DNA from: Chitinophagales bacterium
GTDB taxonomy: Bacteria; Bacteroidota; Bacteroidia; Chitinophagales; Chitinophagaceae
Direction: 5' to 3'
DNA length: 64,000 nt
NCBI GenBank assembly: GCA_026931325.1
Contig: JAIXLO010000129.1
Coordinates: forward strand, 19,685-83,684
In this document: piece by piece, positions 56,656 to 64,000 of the stretch
Layout: the number at the start of each line of letters is the position of its first letter
Numbering within the stretch: the first letter of the stretch is position 1
The notes under the pieces: generated by a model
The model's input: the letters and a program-made list of their open reading frames with translations, nothing else
What the model was told of the DNA's origin: nothing
Databases searched by the model: none
Translations under genes and position numbers: made by a program

Positions 56656-58143
56656 ATGCAAATATTATTTAGCTATTACTTAAAAGTTATTTTGTGCAGT
56701 GCCATTATGATGCTGTATTATGTATTAGCATTACGAAACAAAAAATTTCATAGATACAATAGGTATTATTTGTTAAGTGTTGTCATATTATCATGGTTAA
56801 TTCCTTTGGTAAAAATTAATATAACACAACCTTTAACAGAAGCATCTGCAACTATTAATCAGTTTATATATGTTATTGCTCAAAACAATTCTTCCTTTGA
56901 AGAAGATTTTTCTTTACAAGCTATTGCCTTTAATTGGAATAATTTTATATTGATAATTTATTGGAGCATTTGTTGTTTGTTTCTGTTTATACTTTTGAAT
57001 GCTTTGTATAAAATATATTGGCTACTGAAATCCAATTCTTGTAAGCGTTTAGGAAATGTATATTTAATTGCTACTTCTGCAAAAGGAACACCATTTTCTT
57101 TTTTCAAATATATTTTTTGGAATAATGAAATAGAGCTAAACAGCAGTAATGGGCAACAAATTTTTCAACACGAATTAATACATGTTCAGGAAAAACACAC
57201 TATAGATAAACTAATTATGCAAGCTGTTATTGTATTTGGTTGGTTTAACCCAATATTTTGGTTGGTAAAGAAAGAACTGAATATGATACATGAATTTATT
57301 GCCGATAACAAAAGCATACAAAATGGAAATACAAGTTTATTAGCAAATATGCTATTGAGTGTTGCATATCCTCAACAACAATTTTTATTAAGTAATCCCT
57401 TTTTCTTTTCACCTATAAAACGAAGAATAGCTATGTTAACTAACACAAAAAACCCAAAATGGTCTTATGCAAGAAAGGTTATAATACTTCCTATACTTGT
57501 AATAACAATTATGTTGTTTGCATTTAGAAAGCAAGAAAACAATTTAGCTACAAGCAACATACAACTTAATAAAACATATACTGTAGTTATTGATGCTGGA
57601 CATGGTGGTCAAGATTTTGGAGCAAAAGGATTAGATGGAGCATCAGAAAAAAATATTGCTTTGTTGATGGCAAAAGCAATAAAAGAAGCTAATGCTAACA
57701 GCAATATAAAATTAGTATTTACCAGAGAGGAAGATATATTTCAAACTCCAGTAGAAAAGGCTGCCATTGTAAATGAGCAAAAACCAGATTTATTTATTTC
57801 GCTACATGTAAATACTGATAAGAATACTTCATTAAATGGTATTGAAATTTATGTACCTTATAATGATGATAGAAAAAATATAGAAAGATGCAAACAATTT
57901 GCCTCTATGTTACATACCACTTTGTTACAGAAATTCAAATCCAATGGATTAAAAACAAGCAATAAAGGTATTTGGATTTTAAAAGCCACAGAATGTACTG
58001 CTGCTTTAATTGAATGTGGTTTTATCAGCAATGCAGAAGATTTGGCTATATTAAAAGACAAAGCTAAACGCAAACAAATGGCATCTTTGATTTTACAGGG
58101 AATAGAGAACTATCTAAAAACGTTAGAAGAAGAAAATAATTAG
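56656..58143 (+). CDS. BlaR1-type M56 membrane metalloprotease fused to a C-terminal N-acetylmuramoyl-L-alanine amidase (Amidase_3) domain
   Basis: 495 aa. TM helices plus HELIHVQEKH (HExxH) and EFIAD of the M56 family. After a further TM helix (VIILPILVITIMLFAF) come VVIDAGHGGQDFGA ... ISLHVN ... ECGFISN, typical of Amidase_3. Confidence 0.8.
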   Translation: MQILFSYYLKVILCSAIMMLYYVLALRNKKFHRYNRYYLLSVVILSWLIPLVKINITQPLTEASATINQFIYVIAQNNSSFEEDFSLQAIAFNWNNFILIIYWSICCLFLFILLNALYKIYWLLKSNSCKRLGNVYLIATSAKGTPFSFFKYIFWNNEIELNSSNGQQIFQHELIHVQEKHTIDKLIMQAVIVFGWFNPIFWLVKKELNMIHEFIADNKSIQNGNTSLLANMLLSVAYPQQQFLLSNPFFFSPIKRRIAMLTNTKNPKWSYARKVIILPILVITIMLFAFRKQENNLATSNIQLNKTYTVVIDAGHGGQDFGAKGLDGASEKNIALLMAKAIKEANANSNIKLVFTREEDIFQTPVEKAAIVNEQKPDLFISLHVNTDKNTSLNGIEIYVPYNDDRKNIERCKQFASMLHTTLLQKFKSNGLKTSNKGIWILKATECTAALIECGFISNAEDLAILKDKAKRKQMASLILQGIENYLKTLEEENN

Positions 58144-58221
58144 ATAAAATTAGCAAGTTCTGAATAGTTTTATAGTCATTGCAACAAGAATTTTATATTA
58201 TTGCAATGCAATTTGATTAAC

Positions 58222-59070
58222 ATGGTACAAAAAATAATTGGACTATTTGGAGATAATCAGCTTTATACTCATTTCAATACTAATTCATTATTTGTTGAAA
58301 TAAGTAGCCACCATTTTGCATGTTGGGTAAAAGAAGAAAGCTCTGAAAGAATTGCTGCTGTTGAACATTTTAAAATAGAAGAAAATAATACCGATTGGGA
58401 AGATGTATTTTATGAACTTCGCAAACAATCGGCTTTACTTGATAAAAGCTTCAACAAAACAAATATATTTTACAACTTTAATGAAGCTGTTTTAATACCA
58501 GCATATAAATTTAATGCTGGCAATGCAAGCAATTATATTGATTTAATGTGTGGCACAAATGATAACACTGTTGTAAAATATGATAGCATTAATTTTTTTG
58601 GAGAAGAAATTTTCAACACATACAGAGTTGATGCAGCTTTATCTACCTTTATTCAAAAAAATTTTCTTTCAGTACAAGAGTATCATTGCTACACAGGCAC
58701 TTTAAAAGAAATTAATAAAGAACAAAAAGCCGATGGAGATATTATTTATCTTAATCTTTATCAAAATAAATTGATTGTATTAGTTATTAAAAATAAAAAA
58801 CTGCATTTAATACAAACATTTAATTACACTACTAATGAAGATGTTTTGTATTACTTATTAAACATAGCAGATACTTATAAAATTGCACCAACAGCAGACC
58901 CTATCATTGCATCAGGTATGATAGAAGAACAAGGAAATCTATTAAAACTTTTGCAACAACATTTTTTAAAAATTTATATTGCTACAACCAATTCAGATGC
59001 TATTGCTTTTGAAAATAATGTACATTATCCTATACAATTTTTAACCCCATTTTTTAATTTGCAGGTATGA
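58222..59070 (+). CDS. DUF3822-like protein
   Basis: Trimmed to ATG 58222. Its stop overlaps the rsmD start (ATGA). The family call rests on memory of the conserved DUF3822-rsmD pairing in Bacteroidota. Confidence 0.55.
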   Translation: MVQKIIGLFGDNQLYTHFNTNSLFVEISSHHFACWVKEESSERIAAVEHFKIEENNTDWEDVFYELRKQSALLDKSFNKTNIFYNFNEAVLIPAYKFNAGNASNYIDLMCGTNDNTVVKYDSINFFGEEIFNTYRVDAALSTFIQKNFLSVQEYHCYTGTLKEINKEQKADGDIIYLNLYQNKLIVLVIKNKKLHLIQTFNYTTNEDVLYYLLNIADTYKIAPTADPIIASGMIEEQGNLLKLLQQHFLKIYIATTNSDAIAFENNVHYPIQFLTPFFNLQV

Positions 59071-59606
59071 GAATTATTTCAGGAAAATTGGGTGGAAGAA
59101 AAATAAATCCACCTGCAAAAATGCCTCATACACGACCAACAACAGATATAGCTAAAGAAGGCTTATTTAATATTTTACAAAACAGAATTTCATTTTCAGA
59201 TATTAAAACATTAGACCTTTTTGGTGGCACAGGTAGCATAAGTTACGAATTAGCATCTCGTGGTGCAACAGATTTAACCATTATAGAAAAAGATGCTGTA
59301 ATGTATGCTTTCATCAAAAAAAATATTGACTTATTAAGTATAGAAAATTGTAAAGTTTTAAAAATGGATATTTTTAAATTTTTAGAAACTTGTACAGAAC
59401 AATATGATTTTATTTTTGCAGGACCACCTTATGCTTTAGGCTCTATAGACGAAATACCCAAAATAATTATTCAAAAAAAACTAATTGCACCAGAAGGATA
59501 TTTTGTTTTAGAACACACACCACGAAATAATTATGAAAAGTTTGACGGCTTTTCTTTTGTAAGAAATTATGGAACAACTTTGTTTAGCTTTTTTGTACCA
59601 CAATAA
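59067..59606 (+). CDS. rsmD: 16S rRNA (guanine966-N2)-methyltransferase
   Basis: 179 aa. RPTTD, DLFGGTGS and FAGPPY motifs. Confidence 0.85.
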   Translation: MRIISGKLGGRKINPPAKMPHTRPTTDIAKEGLFNILQNRISFSDIKTLDLFGGTGSISYELASRGATDLTIIEKDAVMYAFIKKNIDLLSIENCKVLKMDIFKFLETCTEQYDFIFAGPPYALGSIDEIPKIIIQKKLIAPEGYFVLEHTPRNNYEKFDGFSFVRNYGTTLFSFFVPQ

Positions 59607-59690
59607 CTAAAAAATATAGAACATAACATTAACTATTAAAACACCCTTTTCAAAAATCATATCTCATACTTTTGCCAAAATTATTTTACT

Positions 59691-60455
59691 TTGAACCTTA
59701 CCATACATACCAAAGAATTAGTAAAAGCTTACAAAAGTCGTACTGTAGTCAATAATGTAAGCATCAACGTTAATCAAGGAGAAATTGTAGGATTACTTGG
59801 ACCAAATGGTGCAGGAAAAACAACTACTTTTTATATGGTTGTTGGATTAATAAAACCCGATGCAGGAAATGTATTTTTAAATGATATAAATATTACCAAA
59901 CTACCTATGTACAAACGTGCACAAATGGGTATTGGATATTTACCACAAGAAGCAAGTGTGTTTAGAAAGTTAAGTGTAGAAGATAATATTTTAAGTGTAT
60001 TAGAAATGACCAAACTTTCTAAAGCAGAACAAAAAAGAAAATTAGAAGAATTATTAGATGAATTTCATTTACACCATGTAAGAAAAAATAATGGAGATAG
60101 CCTAAGTGGTGGCGAAAGAAGAAGAACAGAAATTGCAAGAGCTTTAGCGGTTGACCCAAAATTTATTTTATTAGATGAACCCTTTGCTGGCGTAGATCCT
60201 ATTGCTGTTGAAGATATACAAAGTGTAGTTGCAAGATTAAAATATAAAAACATTGGTATTTTAATTACAGACCATAATGTAAATGAAACCCTATCTATTT
60301 GCGATAGAGCTTATCTTTTAATTGATGGAAAAATATTTAAACATGGCACAGCAGAGGAATTAGCTGCTGATGACCAAGTAAAACGTTTATACTTAGGTAC
60401 AAACTTTGAACTTAAACGTAAAGATTGGATTATTGAAATGGGCAATAAAGAATAA
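59691..60455 (+). CDS. lptB: LPS export ABC transporter ATP-binding protein
   Basis: 254 aa, TTG start per the track. [26 protein letters not shown]. Confidence 0.9.
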   Translation: MNLTIHTKELVKAYKSRTVVNNVSINVNQGEIVGLLGPNGAGKTTTFYMVVGLIKPDAGNVFLNDINITKLPMYKRAQMGIGYLPQEASVFRKLSVEDNILSVLEMTKLSKAEQKRKLEELLDEFHLHHVRKNNGDSLSGGERRRTEIARALAVDPKFILLDEPFAGVDPIAVEDIQSVVARLKYKNIGILITDHNVNETLSICDRAYLLIDGKIFKHGTAEELAADDQVKRLYLGTNFELKRKDWIIEMGNKE

Positions 60456-60599
60456 ACTCTTTATAACTACAACACTAACTATTTTTTAGTTATAAATAAC
60501 TTCAACAGTACAAAGCAATTTATACAGAATAAGAAAAAATATGATTTCTCTTTTATTTTTTCATTATCATTGCTTAATTTGCTACCTGTAAACTAACTA

Positions 60600-62114
60600 A
60601 TGAAACTGCTTAGCCCCACTATATCAAGGTTTGCTCGTTTGCGTTATTGGCATATTGAACAATGGCTAAAAAACCCTATTGCTACACAACGTGAGGTTTT
60701 ACAAGATTTGGTTACTCATGGTCAATACACAGAAATTGGCAGAAAATATGGATTAAAAAATTTGTTTACAATTAGCGACTTCAAAAAAGCAATTCCAATA
60801 CACACTTACGAAGATTTAAAACCTTACATAGAAAGATTAATGCAAGGAGAACAAAATTTACTTTGGAATACTCCTGTATATTGGTTTGCAAAAAGCAGTG
60901 GCACTACAAGCGATAAAAGTAAATTCATCCCCATTACGCAAGAAAGCCTTACCAACTGTCATTATCAGGCAAGTAAAGATGTGTTGAGTATGTATTATAA
61001 TTTTAATCCAGATAGTGATTTGCTCACTGGCAAAGGATTATTAATTGGTGGAAGTCATCAAATAAATCCTTTAAATGGTAATGCTCGTTATGGCGATTTA
61101 AGTGCTGTACTTTTTCAAAATACACCTATCTGGGCAAACTGGTTAAGAACGCCAGAATTATCCATTGCTTTATTAGATGAATGGGAAACAAAAATTGAAT
61201 CCATTGCACAAAATACAATACATGATGATGTAACTTCTATTTCAGGTGTTCCAACATGGACAATGGTTTTAATAAAACGTATTTTAGAAATTACAGGAAA
61301 ACAAAGCTTGATAGAAGTTTGGCCTAATTTAGAATTATACTTACATGGTGGCGTTTCATTTACTCCATATAAAGAACAATTTATACAACTAATTGGTAAA
61401 GAAATTAATTTTTTAAATGCTTATAATGCTAGTGAAGGCTTTTTTGCTATACAAAGTGATTTGAATGATGAAGGAATGTTGTTATTCTTAGAGCATGGTA
61501 TTTTTTACGAATTCATGCCAATAGAAGAATATGGAAAACCAACGCCACAAACCATTGGATTAAAAGATGTAGAAATTGGCAAACAATATGCCTTAGTTAT
61601 TTCTACTAATGGAGGCTTGTGGAGATATTTGGTGGGAGATACAATTTCTTTTACATCAAAAAATCCTTTTAAAATAAATGTTACAGGCAGATTAAAACAT
61701 TACATCAACACATTTGGAGAAGAACTTATTGTAGATAATACAGATAAAGCCATTGCTATTGCTGCACATAATTGCAATGTTGTAGTTAATGATTATACTG
61801 CAGCACCAGTTTATTTTACACAAAATAGTAATGGTGCACATGAATGGCTTATTGAGTTTGAAAAACCTCCTCACAATTTAGAGGCTTTTATTTATGAGTT
61901 AGATTGTGCTTTAAAAAATATCAATAGCGATTATGAAGCAAAAAGACACAAGGATATTGCTTTAAGAATGCCAATAGTTCATGCTGTTGATAAATATGTT
62001 TTTCCTAATTGGTTGCGTAGTAAAGGAAAACTTGGAGGGCAACACAAAATACCAAGATTGTGTAATGAAAGAACTTATATTGATGAAATAAAAACTTTTA
62101 TTACTACTAAATAA
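60600..62114 (+). CDS. GH3-family (auxin-responsive promoter family) adenylating enzyme
   Basis: 504 aa. FAKSSGTTSDKSKFIP motif and overall GH3 layout. Confidence 0.8.
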   Translation: MKLLSPTISRFARLRYWHIEQWLKNPIATQREVLQDLVTHGQYTEIGRKYGLKNLFTISDFKKAIPIHTYEDLKPYIERLMQGEQNLLWNTPVYWFAKSSGTTSDKSKFIPITQESLTNCHYQASKDVLSMYYNFNPDSDLLTGKGLLIGGSHQINPLNGNARYGDLSAVLFQNTPIWANWLRTPELSIALLDEWETKIESIAQNTIHDDVTSISGVPTWTMVLIKRILEITGKQSLIEVWPNLELYLHGGVSFTPYKEQFIQLIGKEINFLNAYNASEGFFAIQSDLNDEGMLLFLEHGIFYEFMPIEEYGKPTPQTIGLKDVEIGKQYALVISTNGGLWRYLVGDTISFTSKNPFKINVTGRLKHYINTFGEELIVDNTDKAIAIAAHNCNVVVNDYTAAPVYFTQNSNGAHEWLIEFEKPPHNLEAFIYELDCALKNINSDYEAKRHKDIALRMPIVHAVDKYVFPNWLRSKGKLGGQHKIPRLCNERTYIDEIKTFITTK

Positions 62115-62179
62115 ACGATTATTTCATTTACCTAAAATAAATTCCTTTTATTTGTATTAGTCAATTAATAAATTTTTTT

Positions 62180-62935
62180 ATGAAATTATTAGAAAATAAA
62201 ACATCTATTGTTACAGGTGCAGCTCGTGGTATTGGTGCTGCTATTGCTTTAAAATTAGCAGAGCAAGGTAGCAATATTGCTTTTACTTATGTTAGTGATA
62301 GTAGTGCAGAAAAAGCAAATGCTTTAGAAGAACAACTAATAGCTTTAGGAGTAAAAGCAAAAGCATATAAAAGTAATGCAGGAGATTTTGCTCAATGCGA
62401 AACTTTTGTAAACGATGTTTTAAAAGAATTTGGTACTGTAGATGTTTGTGTAAATAATGCAGGTATTAGTAAAGATAATTTATTATTAAGAATGACTCCT
62501 GAACAATGGGATGATGTGATGAACATAAATTTGAAAAGTGTTTTTAATATGACCAAGCAAGTTATTCGCCCAATGATGAAAGCCAAAGCTGGTAGCATTA
62601 TAAACATGAGTTCTATTATTGGTATAAGAGGTAATGCAGGACAAAGCAGTTATGCTGCAAGTAAAGCAGGTATTATTGGTTTTACCAAAAGTGTAGCACA
62701 TGAATTAGGTAGCAGAAATATTCGTTGCAATGCAATAGCACCAGGCTTTATAGAAACAGACATGACACATTATTTACAAGAAGGTGATGCTGTTAATGAA
62801 TTTCTAAAAAAAATTCCATTAGGTCGTTTTGGTAAAGCAGAAGAAATAGCTAATACAACTTTATTCTTAGCAAGTGATATGAGTAGTTATATTACAGGTC
62901 AAGTAATTAGTGCTTGTGGAGGCTTGAATATTTAA
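62180..62935 (+). CDS. fabG: 3-oxoacyl-[acyl-carrier-protein] reductase
   Basis: 251 aa. TGAARGIG, NNAG, YAASKAG. Confidence 0.9.
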   Translation: MKLLENKTSIVTGAARGIGAAIALKLAEQGSNIAFTYVSDSSAEKANALEEQLIALGVKAKAYKSNAGDFAQCETFVNDVLKEFGTVDVCVNNAGISKDNLLLRMTPEQWDDVMNINLKSVFNMTKQVIRPMMKAKAGSIINMSSIIGIRGNAGQSSYAASKAGIIGFTKSVAHELGSRNIRCNAIAPGFIETDMTHYLQEGDAVNEFLKKIPLGRFGKAEEIANTTLFLASDMSSYITGQVISACGGLNI

Positions 62936-63225
62936 TAAAGTTATTAAAATTCAGTAGAAATAATTTCTAAATAATTTTAAAATATTATACCCAAATTCAA
63001 TAAAAACAATTTGTATTATTGGGTTAATAAACAATATTTATATAGCTCCAAATAGATAATTTTTTTTGCATTTTAGCGTTTAACACATATAAATGTTGAG
63101 CGAAATCAATTTTTAACGAAATTTGTAAGCATCTTATATTTAATAAATAGCAACTTTATTGTTTTATAATAACAGAGAAATTTTATTTTATATTTTGACC
63201 TGCTATTTTAAAAACTTTTTGAGAC

Positions 63226-64000
63226 ATGAAGCATTTGATACTTTTGATTTTTGCAGGATTATTTGGAATTACAGTTTCAGCACAGCCATTGAGAAATGAA
63301 TGGATAAATTATTCTAACACTTATTACAAGTTTAAAGTAGATTTTGGAATTAATCCAGTAACAATACAACCAATCAGAAAAAAATTAGTTCGTATTAATC
63401 AACCTCAATTAGCATTAGCTGGTTTAGGAAATGTTGCTGCTGAACATTTTCAATTATTTAGAAATGGGGTAGAAGTGCCAATTTATACCTCTGTAGAAAC
63501 AGGAACATTAAGTGCAACAGATTATATTGAGTTTTGGGGAGAAATTAATGATGGAAAACTTGATAGAGATTTATACAGAGATCCAGATTATCAACTTTCT
63601 GATTTATGGAGTTTGCAAGAAGATAATGGAACTTATTTTTTAACAGTAAATACTTTAACTCCTAATAAAAGATTAGTGAATACAACAAACAATGTAGCTG
63701 GAAATACTTTACCTCCTACATTATATTTTATGGATACAGCAGTTTATACTCAACGTCAGCAGAGATATGAAGGTTTTGCTGTGTCATCTACACAACTTCT
63801 TCATTCTTCTTCTTATGATAAAGGAGAAGGTTATGCAACACGTCCTATTCGTCCTTTATATAGCCCTTGTGGTCAAGTTTCATTTACTATTGGTTTTACA
63901 GATTTGAAACCTTATTTAGCTGGACCACCAATGACTTTAAGAGTAAATACAACTGGCAGTGCTAATAATCCAAGAACAATTTTAGTTCAGTTAAATGGAG
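63226..64000 (+). CDS. secreted protein, N-terminal part (tentatively C25/gingipain-family, PorU2-like); continues past the window
   Basis: Not in track (no stop in window). MKHLILLIFAGLFGITVSAQPLRNEWINYSNTYYKFKV.... The NEWINYS.TYYKFKV opening resembles N-termini I recall for Bacteroidota C25 peptidase/PorU2-type proteins. The functional call is weak. Confidence 0.5.
   Translation, partial: MKHLILLIFAGLFGITVSAQPLRNEWINYSNTYYKFKVDFGINPVTIQPIRKKLVRINQPQLALAGLGNVAAEHFQLFRNGVEVPIYTSVETGTLSATDYIEFWGEINDGKLDRDLYRDPDYQLSDLWSLQEDNGTYFLTVNTLTPNKRLVNTTNNVAGNTLPPTLYFMDTAVYTQRQQRYEGFAVSSTQLLHSSSYDKGEGYATRPIRPLYSPCGQVSFTIGFTDLKPYLAGPPMTLRVNTTGSANNPRTILVQLNG

Overview
AT-rich chromosomal segment, probably Bacteroidota. 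Supporting signs are a T9SS C-terminal sorting domain, TAnnTTTG-type promoter boxes and DUF1599/DUF3822/DUF4783-like genes. All calls come from reading the sequence and recalling motifs; no database search was run.

Most of the window is housekeeping:
- Purine and nucleotide genes: purL, purM, a guaC-like gene, tdk, carA and a half-length carB.
- The infA-rpmJ-rpsM-rpsK-rpsD-rpoA-rplQ block, plus grpE-dnaJ, tyrS, lpd, hutU, glgC, ribF, lptB and fabG.
- An LPS/nucleotide-sugar cluster: rfbD, a UXS-like gene, ugd, a DegT aminotransferase and waaA.
- A cobalamin riboswitch controlling a BtuB-like TonB-dependent receptor, and two tRNAs (Leu-TAA, Gly-GCC).

Accessory content:
- Two intact IS elements. 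An IS1634-family copy is flanked by a 76-bp direct duplication. An IS4-family copy has 17-bp perfect inverted repeats and a 9-bp target duplication.
- Three toxin-antitoxin-like loci. Both RelE-superfamily toxins are inactivated while their antitoxins stay open. A zeta-like kinase is intact.
- An XRE regulator facing a Cys-rich lipoprotein gene.
- A BlaI/BlaR1 pair whose sensor domain is an Amidase_3 domain.
- A 2326-aa T9SS surface protein, apparently co-transcribed with a small acidic protein. That small protein ends in a motif + TM helix + basic cluster, like an exosortase-type sorting signal. The cassette is bracketed by REP-like hairpins and homologous low-complexity repeats.

No rRNA and no CRISPR array were seen. 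I found no clear-cut multi-gene novel system. The most unusual items are the small CTERM-like protein next to the giant adhesin, the domain-boundary split of carB, the BlaR1-amidase fusion, and a GC-rich 28-nt motif shared by the purL and rpoA leaders.
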